This document shows positions 11,520 through 21,711 of a stretch of DNA of 64,000 nt, one piece after another. A model generated the notes under the pieces. The model searched no databases. It was not told the DNA's origin and saw nothing but the letters and a program-made list of their open reading frames with translations. The position numbers and the translations under genes are program-made. The first letter of the stretch is position 1. Each line of letters opens with the position of its first letter. Source of the stretch: an uncultured Gemmatimonadales bacterium (GTDB lineage Bacteria > Gemmatimonadota > Gemmatimonadetes > Longimicrobiales > RSA9); the NCBI GenBank assembly GCA_963798085.1, contig CAWCRS010000007.1:640001-704000 (forward strand), given 5' to 3'.

Positions 11520-11782
11520 CCCCTCGGCTCGCCGGCAAGTCCACCGGAACTCATTCCGAACGACATATGGAAACGCGAAGGAGCGCGCAGATGAGGCGAA
11601 ACGGAGCGGTACGGCAGACCGAAGCCGAGATCGTCGCCGCAGTGGCCACTCGACCCGAGGGTTCTCGTTCCGCCCCCAGCCGAAATGTCGCCGCCAGCAC
11701 GAGCCGGCGCGCGGCGCCAGCGGACAGGGCCGACGCAAGGATCGCGTTTCCCCGTCCAGCCACTCCATCCAAGGTCGGCGCT

Positions 11783-12547
11783 ATGGAAGCGGAAACGCTG
11801 TGGGACGACTACCAGCGCGGCGGCAATGAAGCTGCGCGCCAGCGGCTGCTCGCACGGCACCTCCCATTGGTCCACCACGTCGCGAGGCAGGTCATGCGGA
11901 CGCTGACGGTGGACGTGGAGCTGGATGACCTGGTGAGTGCCGGCAGCATGGGCCTGATCAACGCCATCGACAGCTTCGATCGGTCGCGAGGCCTGGCTTT
12001 CAGCACATACGCGGCGCCACGTATTCGGGGCGCGATCCTGGATGACCTGCGGCGCTCGGACACGGTGCCGAGGTCGATCCGTCGCAAGCAGCGGCAGCTG
12101 GCCGCGGCGACGGAAGCGCTCTCCGGCGAACTGGATCGCACCCCCATGGATCGGGAGATGGCGGACAAGCTGGGCATCGACATCGACACACTGTGGCGCT
12201 GGCGGTCGGACACCAACGAAGCGATCCAGGTATCGCTGGATCAGCCGATCAACACCGGCCCGGGTCGCACGGCCATGCCCGCGGACCTGATCGAGGGTGC
12301 GAGCGGCCGGCTCACCGAAGAGATCGTCAACCACCGCGAAGAAGCCTCCGTATTGCGCGACGAGATCCTGCGCCTCAAGGAGCGCGAGCGGATCGTGCTC
12401 AGCCTGTACTACTTCGAAGAGCTGAAGCTGCACGAGATCGCGCGGGTTCTGGGCCTCACCGAGTCGCGCGTTTCACAGATCCGCTCGAAGGCACTGTCCA
12501 CACTGCGTGGACGCATGGCCCGACTGCGCGAACCCGGGGAGTGCTGA
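11783..12547 (+). CDS. fliA: RNA polymerase sigma-28 factor (FliA/WhiG family); alternative start 11567
   Basis: DDLVSAGSMGL, FSTYAAPRIRGAILDDLR, VPRSIR, LYYFEEL..HEIARVLGLTESRVSQI. Confidence 0.93.
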   Translation: MEAETLWDDYQRGGNEAARQRLLARHLPLVHHVARQVMRTLTVDVELDDLVSAGSMGLINAIDSFDRSRGLAFSTYAAPRIRGAILDDLRRSDTVPRSIRRKQRQLAAATEALSGELDRTPMDREMADKLGIDIDTLWRWRSDTNEAIQVSLDQPINTGPGRTAMPADLIEGASGRLTEEIVNHREEASVLRDEILRLKERERIVLSLYYFEELKLHEIARVLGLTESRVSQIRSKALSTLRGRMARLREPGEC

Positions 12548-13414
12548 ATGCTGGCAGTGCCGCGAGGCGGGCGCATTCTGCTCGCCGCCGCGGCCTTGGG
12601 CGTACTCCCGCAGCGGAGTAGCGCTGAGGTCCCGGCGGGACGCGATTACGCGACAGTCGGCAACATCGTTTCCCGGCGGGTCGAGGGTCGGACCATAGTC
12701 GTGGTGCCCATCGCGGGCACGCTCAACGCAAGACTGAGCGAGCCGTTCCGGGTGGGTGACCACTGGCGACTCTACCTGACGGTAGAGGATGCGAAGCTGG
12801 CGTTCCGCGGTGTCAAACCACACCGGCCCGAGGGTGTGATGTCGCTGGCTGCCAGCGAAGACGGTGTGGACGTTCGCATTGCCATTGACGTCGCGAAGCT
12901 GGGTGACTACGGCGCTCGACGGTCGGAAGAAGGCATGCTGATCTGGATCGACGACCAGCGGTCGGTACGTGCTCCGGATACTGCCGTGGCAGTCGTCACA
13001 CCCGAGGTAGCGCCCGCGCCGCCTGCGGTCAGTCGAGCCGCGGCGCCCCGCGCTGCCGAGCCGCCGCGGGGCGGGGGCTGGATGCGCATCGTGCTGTTCG
13101 TCGTGCTGGCGGCCGGAGCGGGCCTCGCGGTCCGCCATGTGGGTCGCAACGGAACACCGGAATGGTTGAGCGGTGGCCTCGCAGGCCTGGGTCCTCGACT
13201 CCGAGCTCTGGTGTCCGGCTCGCGCGGAAGCGCGGAGCCGTCGGTGAAGAAAACAGGGGCGCCGGCCGCGAAGGCCGCGGTTCGGACGCCGCTCATGATG
13301 ACGGACCCGCGCGGCAGCTCGGCCGACATCGGAGACGCGTTCCGCGTCGAACCGGACATGCCGCCTTCAGGCATCGCCGCGCTCGCCGGAAGCAACCATG
13401 CAGATGACGCGTGA
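12548..13414 (+). CDS. Membrane-anchored hypothetical protein (signal peptide, AMIN-like beta domain, Pro/Ala linker, TM helix)
   Basis: Starts immediately after the fliA stop; TM WMRIVLFVVLAAGAGLAV; AMIN-like call from the RLYLTV...VRIAIDV pattern only. Confidence 0.55.
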   Translation: MLAVPRGGRILLAAAALGVLPQRSSAEVPAGRDYATVGNIVSRRVEGRTIVVVPIAGTLNARLSEPFRVGDHWRLYLTVEDAKLAFRGVKPHRPEGVMSLAASEDGVDVRIAIDVAKLGDYGARRSEEGMLIWIDDQRSVRAPDTAVAVVTPEVAPAPPAVSRAAAPRAAEPPRGGGWMRIVLFVVLAAGAGLAVRHVGRNGTPEWLSGGLAGLGPRLRALVSGSRGSAEPSVKKTGAPAAKAAVRTPLMMTDPRGSSADIGDAFRVEPDMPPSGIAALAGSNHADDA

Positions 13415-13432
13415 GAGGAGCGAGAGGGATAT

Positions 13433-13684
13433 ATGCTGATCCTCAGCCGCCGTCCTGGCGATGCCATACTGATCGACGGGGGCATTCGGATCGTGGTGCT
13501 CGCCTCGGGCCAGCGCTGCGTACGCCTCGGCATCGAGGCGCCTGCCCAGGTGGGCATCGTGCGGGAAGAGATCCTCGCACGGAATGGTGGTGAGCCGGCC
13601 GAAAAGGCCCCGACCAACGGCACGCGGGCACGCCCTGCGCCCGAGGAAAAGGTGCCCCCGCCGGCGACCGAAAACGGGCATTGA
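13433..13684 (+). CDS. csrA: Carbon storage regulator CsrA
   Basis: MLILSRRPGDAILIDGGIRIVVL...VRLGIEAP..V.IVREEI. Confidence 0.92.
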   Translation: MLILSRRPGDAILIDGGIRIVVLASGQRCVRLGIEAPAQVGIVREEILARNGGEPAEKAPTNGTRARPAPEEKVPPPATENGH

Positions 13685-13822
13685 AGGCAGGTACAACCGC
13701 TCACCTCTCCGACTCCCTCACTCCCACACCACCGCTGCGAGCGTTGCTTCGACGACGCCTGCGCGTGACAGCCGGCTGAACGGCCGCGCGACGGACGGGC
13801 AAGCGCCATCCATCCAGCCTCT

Positions 13823-13850
13823 TCAACTTCCTTTCGAGGCTCGCCGATAC
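13823..13850 (+). promoter_or_regulatory. sigma28 promoter upstream of the flgM-like gene
   Basis: TCAA-N16-GCCGATAC versus consensus TAAA-N15/16-GCCGATAA. Confidence 0.65.
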
Positions 13851-13912
13851 TCAGATCGTGCCGGCCCTCCCCACACGATGGCAGGGAGGCGGCCCGAAAC
13901 CGGGGATCGAGA

Positions 13913-14173
13913 ATGCGTCGAAAGAAGCCGGGTACGGGCGCCGCCCGCAGGAGGGCGCCACATCGGAAAGAGCCGGAGCCGATGAACGCGTTGCCTGCCA
14001 CGACCCCTGACATGTCTCCTGAGCGTCTCGCCGCAGCACGGCGCTGGATCCAGCTGGGACGCCACAATTCCAGCGATGTCGCCGAGGCTGTCGCCCGCCG
14101 CATCCTGGAGCGCGGCGACCTGCGTGCCGAACGGCGCGACGACCGCGGCCAGGACGACCACATCGTACACTGA
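13913..14173 (+). CDS. flgM: FlgM-like anti-sigma-28 factor (alternative start 13982)
   Basis: Small protein with ERLAAARRWIQLGRHNSSDVAEAVARRIL, resembling the FlgM C-terminal motif; sigma28 promoter and fliA/csrA context. Confidence 0.6.
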   Translation: MRRKKPGTGAARRRAPHRKEPEPMNALPATTPDMSPERLAAARRWIQLGRHNSSDVAEAVARRILERGDLRAERRDDRGQDDHIVH

Positions 14174-14451
14174 CAGCCTGTTAGAACGGCAACAACTCCG
14201 TTGCTGGCGCTGGTTGCCGGGGAACCGATGCGCGTTTCCTTGACGCCTGGCGCTCCCAATCCCGGCCGCGCCCGTCGGATGTTTCCGTTGCGTTCCTGAG
14301 AACGGCGCCGGCACGCATCGTCCGTTTGTCAGTCGTTCCCCAGCCACCAGCGCCAGCAACCGGCCCCCGCAACCGGCCCCAGCATCGCCTTTCCGTCGTT
14401 CCGCACTTCCACCCTTGCCCTATCCGTCCGCATCGCACCATCCTGACTCCC

Positions 14452-15342
14452 ATGACTCGCGCGCCCCTCTGGACGCTGCTGCTGGTGCTGAGCGCTGCGC
14501 GGTGCACGAACGGGGACGGAAAGAACTCGGCGGGCGCGGGCTGGACGCGGGCACTGGACCAGGTCGTGGTTGCCGAGCGCGCGTTTGCCCGCATGGCCGC
14601 CGATTCCACGGTGCAGACGGCGTTTCGCACTTTTCTCGCGGATGACGCGCTGATCTTCCGGCCCGGGCCAGTCCCGGGCAGGTCGTGGATCGACGAGCAT
14701 CCGTTTCCCCGCGATCTCGTCCTGGAATGGGAGCCGGCGTGGGCGGATGTTTCGCTCGCCGGCGACTTGGGTTTTACGACCGGACCCTGGCACACAGCCT
14801 CCCGCTCGCACTCCGATTCGATCACGGCCTGGGGCCAGTATGTCACACTCTGGCGCAATACTGGCGGTAGCTGGCGGGCGGTGCTCGATTTCGGCAGCGA
14901 GGCGCCACCGCCGCCCGCATCCGTCAGGATGCAGCTGGCGTCGCAGCCCATAACAGCGGGAAGCGTGGCCACGGATAGCGCGTCGCTGCGCGAAGCGCTG
15001 CGCATTGCGGACGAAGACCTGAACGAGGCTGTCGCGACTTCGGGTACCGAGGCGTGGGCGGCGTACACCGTCGCGGCAGTGCGCTGGCTGCGGCCGGGCC
15101 GGCCGCCTGCCATCGGCGTGGACGCGGCCGCGGACGCGGCACCTGCGCGCAATGCGGCTACACTGGGCAGTGTGGTATCGCTTTCCGGTGATCTCGGCTA
15201 CAGCTGGGGCGCGCAACGCGGCGAGAACGGAACGGGTGAGGCCGGTGCGATGCCTATCGCCTACTATGTACGGATCTGGAGGCGGCAGCCCAATGGCAGC
15301 TGGAAGGTCGTGCTCGACGCCACCAGCGGCGCGAGCGGCTGA
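14452..15342 (+). CDS. Secreted tandem NTF2-like (DUF4440) protein
   Basis: AERAFARMA; two copies of the S.AGDLG(F/Y)..G...Y...W......W..VLD unit. Confidence 0.75.
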   Translation: MTRAPLWTLLLVLSAARCTNGDGKNSAGAGWTRALDQVVVAERAFARMAADSTVQTAFRTFLADDALIFRPGPVPGRSWIDEHPFPRDLVLEWEPAWADVSLAGDLGFTTGPWHTASRSHSDSITAWGQYVTLWRNTGGSWRAVLDFGSEAPPPPASVRMQLASQPITAGSVATDSASLREALRIADEDLNEAVATSGTEAWAAYTVAAVRWLRPGRPPAIGVDAAADAAPARNAATLGSVVSLSGDLGYSWGAQRGENGTGEAGAMPIAYYVRIWRRQPNGSWKVVLDATSGASG

Positions 15343-15379
15343 CCGCATCGGAGGCGGCGCGCCGGACAGCGGGAGGATC

Positions 15380-16426
15380 ATGCGACGAGCTGAACTGCAG
15401 AACGCCCGCATCCTCATCGTCGACAATGAACAGGCTTACGTCGACCTGCTTCAGCGTTTCCTGCAGTCCATCGGCTACCGCAACGTGCGCACGACCACCA
15501 ATCCCTTCGAGGTGGCGCAGCTGGTGGTCGATTTCGATCCAGACCTGATTCTGCTGGATCTGCGCATGCGCGGCATGGACGGCATTGCGGTCATGCAGCA
15601 GCTCGAGCCGTACACGAGCCGTTTCTACCTGCCCATCCTCGTGCTCACCGGCGATATCACCGAGGAGGCCAAGCGCGCGTCGCTGTCCAGCGGCGCCCGT
15701 GACTTCCTGAACAAACCCTTCGATCTCACGGAAGTCAGGCTCCGCCTCGAGAACCTGCTCGAAACCCGCTTCCTGCATCTGCAGCTGCAGGAGCAGAACG
15801 CGCTGCTCGAGAAGCGAGTGCGCGAACGCACGCGGGAACTCGAGGAAACGCGGCTGGAAGTGCTCGAGCGGCTTTCCATCGTCGCGGATTACCGTGACGA
15901 CGAGACGGGCAGACACACCCGCCGCGTGAGCGCGCTGGCCTGCACGCTGGCGCGCGAGCTGGGCCTGGATGCGGGCGAGACCGAGGTCATCCGCCTCGCC
16001 TCCCCGCTGCACGACATCGGCAAGATCGGCATTCCCAATGACATCCTGCGCAAGCCAGGGCCGCTGAGCGACGATGAGATGGCGGTCATGCGCACGCACA
16101 CGACCATCGGCGCAACTCTGCTCGCCGGCAGCCACTCGCGACTGCTTCAGGTGGCCGAATCGATCGCACTGTATCATCACGAACGCTGGAACGGGCAGGG
16201 CTACCCGCGCGGACTGCGCGGCGAAGAGATTCCCATTGCGGCACGCATTGTGGGTCTCGCCGACGTGGTCGATGCCCTCGCTTCCGACCGGCCGTACCGG
16301 CGTGCATGGCCCATGGACGACGTACGCGCCGAAGTCGAGCGACAGACCGGCCAGCACTTCGATCCTGAAGTGGTGCGGGCGTTCCAGCGGCTGCACCGCG
16401 CCGAGACGCAGCCGGCCGCGCTCTGA
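15380..16426 (+). CDS. Response regulator with HD-GYP phosphodiesterase (RpfG-like)
   Basis: Receiver ILIVDN..DLILLDLRM..KPF; LHDIGK, HHERWNGQGYP; GGAGG RBS. Confidence 0.93.
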   Translation: MRRAELQNARILIVDNEQAYVDLLQRFLQSIGYRNVRTTTNPFEVAQLVVDFDPDLILLDLRMRGMDGIAVMQQLEPYTSRFYLPILVLTGDITEEAKRASLSSGARDFLNKPFDLTEVRLRLENLLETRFLHLQLQEQNALLEKRVRERTRELEETRLEVLERLSIVADYRDDETGRHTRRVSALACTLARELGLDAGETEVIRLASPLHDIGKIGIPNDILRKPGPLSDDEMAVMRTHTTIGATLLAGSHSRLLQVAESIALYHHERWNGQGYPRGLRGEEIPIAARIVGLADVVDALASDRPYRRAWPMDDVRAEVERQTGQHFDPEVVRAFQRLHRAETQPAAL

Positions 16427-16602
16427 GCGAGCGTTCATCGCCGGCGGCGTACCCTTCAGCAAAGACCGCTCGCCTTCCGTCCCGCGCCTGCACACACAGT
16501 TGCGTACGACGTGCGCGCCGACGTAAATCTCCCGCGTCCGCGTTCTCGCCGGGACGCGACAGGGCCCGGCCGGAACCCTGTCCCGTCCATCTGCAGAAAC
16601 CC

Positions 16603-19600
16603 ATGCGCAAACACACTTCAATGCTGCGTGCCGCGTCTGCGTTCGCGGCTGTGCTGCCCCTCGCCTTCGCCCTCAGCGCCGGCGCACTCCAGGCGCAACG
16701 TGGTTCGCTCATTGCCACGGCGTCCGACTCCGCGGTCCTCGCCGAACTCGCGCCCCGGCCCATCGGACCGGCCGTGATGAGTGGGCGCATTGCGGACGTT
16801 GCGGTCGCCAGCATCCCGGGCGAGCGGCCCGGCCGCGTGATCTACGCGGCATCGGCCGGAGGCGGCGTCTGGAAGACCGTCGATGGCGGCGTCTCCTGGA
16901 AGTCGCTGTGGGATGATCAGCCGGTCGGCTCCACGGGTGACGTCACCGTTGCGCCCTCCAATCCCGACATCGTCTGGGTCGGGTCCGGCGAGTCCAACAA
17001 CCTGCGCAGCTCGTCATGGGGCAACGGCGTCTACAAGTCGAGCAATGGCGGCAAGACATGGACGAACATGGGACTGCGCACGTCGCAGCACATTCCGCGC
17101 ATCATCATTCACCCCACGAATCCCGACATCGTGTACGTCGCCGCCATGGGGCCGCTGTGGGCATCGGGCGGCGAGCGCGGTCTGTACAAGACGACGGATG
17201 GCGGGCGCACGTGGAATCGCGTGCTGGCCACCAGTGAAACGACCGGCGTCACCGACGTGATCTTCGATCCCACCAATCCGGAAGTTCTGTACGCGGCCAC
17301 CATGCAGCGCGAGCGCAAGGCATACAGCTTCGTGGGTGGCGGGCCGGACAGCGGCATTTTCAAGAGCATGGATGGCGGCGCCACGTGGACGCGGCTGACA
17401 AAGGGTTTGCCGGAAGGCGATCGCGGCCGCATCGGTCTCGATGTCAGCCAGTCGTCGCCGCGCATCGTGTACGCCTTCGTCAATGCGCAGGACGGCGGTG
17501 TGTTCCGCTCGGAGGATGGGGGCGAGAACTGGACGCGTCAGTCGAACATCAGCTCACTGCCCTGGTACACGGGACAGGTGCGCGTCGACCCGAAGGATCC
17601 CAATCGCGTCTATCACATCGGGCAGTCGATGTCGGTCTCCAATGACGCGGGCCGCACGTGGGGGCGCTTCGCCGCCAACACGCACGCGGACTACCACGCG
17701 ATGTGGATCGATCCCGGCGATCCCGACCACATCGTCATCGGCAACGATGGCGGCCTCTTCATGACGTGGGACCGCGGCGGCTCCTGGGACTTCGCCGTGA
17801 ACCTGCCGGTCTCCACATACTACGCCATCGCCGTCGACATGAACGATCCGTACTGGATCTTCGGCGGCATCCAGGACAATGGTTCCTGGGCCGGTCCGTC
17901 CGCCACGCGGCTGCGCGCCGGCATCAGCAACGACCAGTGGTTCCGCACGGGCGGCGGCGACGGTTTCTACTCGGGTGTGGACCCCACAGACCCCAACGTG
18001 ATCTATGCCGAGTCGCAGGAGGGTGCGCTCACGCGCATGGACCGCCTCACCGGCGAGAGCAAGTCGATCCGGCCGCAGACCGCGCCCGGCGAGCCTGCCT
18101 ACCGCTTCAACTGGAGCGCGCCGCTGCTGGTCTCGCCGCACGACCATAACACGCTGTATTTCGGTGCTAACTACCTGTTCCGGAGCACGGACCGTGGCGA
18201 CAGCTGGACCAAACTGGGCGGTGACCTGACGCGCCAGCTGGATCAGGACACGCTGCCCATCATGGGGCTGCACGGGCCGGGCGGCTACGAGCGCAACAAT
18301 GGCGTGGCGCGCTTCGGCAACATTGCCACGCTGGACGAATCCACGGTGCGCAAGGGTCTGCTCTACGTGGGCACGGATGACGGCGTCATTCAGGTGTCGC
18401 GCAATGGCGGTGTGACCTGGAAGAAGACGGAGCGCTTCCCGGGCGTGCCCGACCTCACCTACGTGAGCCGCGTCAGCGCTTCCCACAGCGCGGAAGGCAC
18501 CGTGTACGCGGCATTCGACGGGCACCGCAACAACGACTTCAAGCCGTACGTCTACAAGAGCACGGACTACGGCCAGACGTGGACCTCGATCACCTCGAAC
18601 CTGCCGGACTTCGGTTCGGTGCAGGTCATCCGCGAGCACCCGCGCAATCCTAACCTGCTGTTCGTGGGCACCGAGTTCGGACTGTTCGTATCGGTGAACG
18701 GCGGCGGCGCCTGGGCCCGCGTGCGCAGCGGCTTCCCCACCGTGGCCGTGCACGACCTGCTGATCCACCCGCGCGCCAACGACCTGATCGTGGCCACGCA
18801 CGGTCGCGGACTCTGGGTCATCAATGACATCGCGCCGCTGGAGCGGCTGGCCAATGCGGCCCGCGCCTCGGTGGCCCAGCTGTTCCCGGTGCGCGCCGCC
18901 ACCGAAATGAATCTGGCGGGCGGCGGAGGCACGCCCGGCGATCGCCAGTTCGACATGCCCAATCCGCCCAATGGCGCCATCATCACGTACCTCGCCAACA
19001 AGCCGCTCACCGGCGCGAAGCTGGTGATCACGGATCGCGCGGGCGGCGTGGTGCGCGAGTTGAGCGCAAAGGGCGAGCCCGGTGTGCACCGCATCATCTG
19101 GGATCTGCACTGGGCGTCGCCGGTCGAAGAGCCCGAGACGCCGCCCAACGCGGATGGCGGCTTCTTCGGCGGCCAGCAGCGCGGCCCGTTCGTGAACGCG
19201 GGCACCTACACGGTGCAGGTGCGCACGGGTGCCACGGGCGACGTCGCCGCCCAGACCACGGTGGAAGTGAAGCGTGACCCCGCGGTGCGGCTGACGGATG
19301 CGCAGTGGGCCGAGCTGCAGGACTTCCGCGCGCGCGCCTACCACGTGCAGCGCGATGCCAACGCGCTGGCCTCGCGTCTGGATCAGGCGAGGCAGACCGC
19401 GGTGCAGAACAATGCCGGCACGGCCGAGATCGACAGCGTGCTGATGAAAGTGCGCGGCTCGGTCACGACCGGGCGGGGCGGCCGCGGCGGTCGTGGTGGT
19501 GGCGGCGGTGGTGGTTTTGGTCGGGGCGGTAGTGCTGGCCCCACCGTGCTGAGCCGCGCCAATGGCGTGGCCGGTGCGATCGGCAGCAATCACTTCCCGG

Positions 19601-19713
19601 TGACGGCCGAACAGAAACAGGAGGTTATCGCGGCGGAGCAGGAACTGGCGAGGCAGAAGACCGCGGCGGATGCGGCCACGCGATCCGGCGCACGCCGCGG
19701 TCGCAGCGGCTGA
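16603..19713 (+). CDS. Secreted VPS10/BNR-repeat glycosyl hydrolase-like protein
   Basis: Many S.DGG.TW Asp-box repeats, IGPAVMSGRI, GGDGF, ATHGRGLW. Confidence 0.85.
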   Translation: MRKHTSMLRAASAFAAVLPLAFALSAGALQAQRGSLIATASDSAVLAELAPRPIGPAVMSGRIADVAVASIPGERPGRVIYAASAGGGVWKTVDGGVSWKSLWDDQPVGSTGDVTVAPSNPDIVWVGSGESNNLRSSSWGNGVYKSSNGGKTWTNMGLRTSQHIPRIIIHPTNPDIVYVAAMGPLWASGGERGLYKTTDGGRTWNRVLATSETTGVTDVIFDPTNPEVLYAATMQRERKAYSFVGGGPDSGIFKSMDGGATWTRLTKGLPEGDRGRIGLDVSQSSPRIVYAFVNAQDGGVFRSEDGGENWTRQSNISSLPWYTGQVRVDPKDPNRVYHIGQSMSVSNDAGRTWGRFAANTHADYHAMWIDPGDPDHIVIGNDGGLFMTWDRGGSWDFAVNLPVSTYYAIAVDMNDPYWIFGGIQDNGSWAGPSATRLRAGISNDQWFRTGGGDGFYSGVDPTDPNVIYAESQEGALTRMDRLTGESKSIRPQTAPGEPAYRFNWSAPLLVSPHDHNTLYFGANYLFRSTDRGDSWTKLGGDLTRQLDQDTLPIMGLHGPGGYERNNGVARFGNIATLDESTVRKGLLYVGTDDGVIQVSRNGGVTWKKTERFPGVPDLTYVSRVSASHSAEGTVYAAFDGHRNNDFKPYVYKSTDYGQTWTSITSNLPDFGSVQVIREHPRNPNLLFVGTEFGLFVSVNGGGAWARVRSGFPTVAVHDLLIHPRANDLIVATHGRGLWVINDIAPLERLANAARASVAQLFPVRAATEMNLAGGGGTPGDRQFDMPNPPNGAIITYLANKPLTGAKLVITDRAGGVVRELSAKGEPGVHRIIWDLHWASPVEEPETPPNADGGFFGGQQRGPFVNAGTYTVQVRTGATGDVAAQTTVEVKRDPAVRLTDAQWAELQDFRARAYHVQRDANALASRLDQARQTAVQNNAGTAEIDSVLMKVRGSVTTGRGGRGGRGGGGGGGFGRGGSAGPTVLSRANGVAGAIGSNHFPVTAEQKQEVIAAEQELARQKTAADAATRSGARRGRSG

Positions 19714-19730
19714 GCGATACCAAACCCGTG

Positions 19731-19762
19731 CACCGGCCGGAGCCGTCGCGCTCCGGCCGGTG
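19731..19762. terminator. Perfect 13-bp GC hairpin after the VPS10 gene
   Basis: caccggccggagc-cgtcgc-gctccggccggtg; no U-tract. Confidence 0.45.
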
Positions 19763-19775
19763 ATCCGCGCCTCCC

Positions 19776-20267
19776 GTGTCACTCTATCAACTCAACATCA
19801 CGCTGCACGTGCTGGCCGCCTTCCTCTGGCTGGGCGGTATGCTGTTCCTCGCCGTCGTGGGCGCGCCCGTGCTGCGCCGCGTGCAGCCACCCGAATTGCG
19901 CGCCGAGCTTTTTCAGCGACTCGGTGCGGCGTTCCGCCTCGCTGGCTGGATCGCCATCCTCGTACTGCTGGCCACGGGCGTATTCAACCTCTACTTCCAC
20001 GGCTGGCTCCGGCCCGCGCTGCGCGGTGACCCGGTATTCTGGAGCAGTCGCATCGGACACACCTTCGCCGTCAAGCTGGGCTGCGTCATCACCATGCTCT
20101 CGCTCAGCGCCGTGCACGATTTCGTGATCGGCCCGCGTGCCTCTCGCGCGGCTGGCGGACCCGAAGCGCTGCGCCTGCGCCGGCGCGCCGCCTGGCTGGC
20201 CAGGGTTACCGCGCTGCTGGGCGTCGTGCTCGTGTACGCGTCCGTGCGGCTGGCGCGAGGCGGCTGA
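19776..20267 (+). CDS. CopD/DUF4149-like membrane protein
   Basis: LHVLAAFLWLGGMLF, KL, VHDFVIGP; four TM helices. Confidence 0.75.
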   Translation: MSLYQLNITLHVLAAFLWLGGMLFLAVVGAPVLRRVQPPELRAELFQRLGAAFRLAGWIAILVLLATGVFNLYFHGWLRPALRGDPVFWSSRIGHTFAVKLGCVITMLSLSAVHDFVIGPRASRAAGGPEALRLRRRAAWLARVTALLGVVLVYASVRLARGG

Positions 20268-20421
20268 TCCGGAATCAGCGGCGGGCGTCGCATTGCGCGC
20301 CGCCCTCACGGTGCTACCTTGGCGTTTCAGGATCCAGGCGACGACTCTCCTCCATCACCCTTCGCATCCGACGCGCGGACGCGGCCGCCCGTGGCTGGGC
20401 GGCACTCTGCAGGAGGCGGGC

Positions 20422-21669
20422 ATGCGGCTCCACGATTGCTTCCATGGATGCGCTCACACGCGCGTCGGCAGCGCGCTCCTCGCACTGCTCGCCTGCGCGG
20501 CGGGCGCTGGCGCCCAACAGCCTGTTACCATCCGCGCCGGCCGGCTGCTGGACGGAAAGGGCGGCGCGCAGCGCAACGTCGTCGTCACGGTGGTCGATGG
20601 CCGCATCCAGTCGATCGCGGCCTCGAACGCGCCCGTCACCTGGGACCTGAGCAGCCTGACCCTCATGCCGGGCGGCATCGACACGCACGTGCACCTGAAC
20701 TGGCACTTCGATCCGGACGGCAAGACGCACCACCTGTCATCCCGCGAGGAATCGCAGGAGCAGGCCACGCTGTACGAGGCGCAGAACGCGTGGGTCACGC
20801 TCATGGGCGGCATCACCACCGTGCAGAGCGTGGGCTCGCCGCTGGACGGCAATGTGCGCGACTTCATTGCACGCGGCGCGATTCCCGGACCCCGCCTGCT
20901 CACCTCGCTCGGCTCGATACAGGGCGGCAGTCCGGACTCGATCCGGGCGCGCGTGCGCCGCTTCAAGGCGGACGGCGCGGATGTCATCAAGATCTTCGCC
21001 TCCGCCAGCATCCGCAATGGCGGCGCGGCCACGCTGACACAGGAGCAGCTCAATGCTGCCTGCGGCGAAGCGAAAGCGCAGGGACTGCGCGCCGTGGTGC
21101 ACGCGCACGGCCCGGAAAGCGCGCAGCGCGCCACGCTGGCCGGCTGCACATCCATCGAGCACGGCGTGCTGCTGGATGATGCCACCCTCGACATGATGGC
21201 GCAGCACCACATGATCTACGATCCCAACATCGGGCTGGTGCTGCAGAACTATCTCGAGAACCGCGCGCACTACGAGGGCATTGGCAATTACAACGAGGAA
21301 GGTTTCCGCTATATGCAGCAGGCCATTCCCACCGCACTGGACGTCTTCAGGAAAGCGCTCAAGCGCAAGGACCTGCGCATCGTGTTCGGCACTGATGCAG
21401 TGGCCGGCGCGCACGGCCGCAACTTCGAGGAGATCATCTACCGCGTGCAGAAGGGCGGGCAGCCGGCCATGGATGCCATTGTGTCCGCCACATCGGTTTC
21501 GGCCGAGTCACTGGGTCTCGAGAAGGAAATCGGCAGCCTCGCACCCGGCATGCAGGCGGACATCATCGGCCTCGAGGGTGATCCCTCCGCCGACATCACC
21601 GCGCTGCGCCGCGTGCGCTTCGTGATGAAGGGTGGCACTGTCTACCGGAGCGGGCCGCTGCCCCGCTAG
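20422..21669 (+). CDS. Secreted metal-dependent amidohydrolase
   Basis: PGGIDTHVH, GADVIK, HAHG, SIEHG, FGTD, ADII motifs; AGGAGG RBS. Confidence 0.9.
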   Translation: MRLHDCFHGCAHTRVGSALLALLACAAGAGAQQPVTIRAGRLLDGKGGAQRNVVVTVVDGRIQSIAASNAPVTWDLSSLTLMPGGIDTHVHLNWHFDPDGKTHHLSSREESQEQATLYEAQNAWVTLMGGITTVQSVGSPLDGNVRDFIARGAIPGPRLLTSLGSIQGGSPDSIRARVRRFKADGADVIKIFASASIRNGGAATLTQEQLNAACGEAKAQGLRAVVHAHGPESAQRATLAGCTSIEHGVLLDDATLDMMAQHHMIYDPNIGLVLQNYLENRAHYEGIGNYNEEGFRYMQQAIPTALDVFRKALKRKDLRIVFGTDAVAGAHGRNFEEIIYRVQKGGQPAMDAIVSATSVSAESLGLEKEIGSLAPGMQADIIGLEGDPSADITALRRVRFVMKGGTVYRSGPLPR

Positions 21670-21711
21670 CCGACCGCACCTGACACGGTATTACAGCGCG
21701 GAGGCGCTCCT

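Noticed and set aside
17554..19782. Long antisense or alternative-frame ORFs (742 aa here; also 2222-4036, 22215-24107, 35903-37549, 38084-39793, 61860-63704)
   Set aside because: Shadow ORFs of well-supported genes in high-GC DNA, with no motifs.
21667..21669. TAG readthrough fusing the amidohydrolase to the in-frame downstream gene
   Set aside because: The downstream gene has its own RBS and a Tat signal that must be N-terminal.
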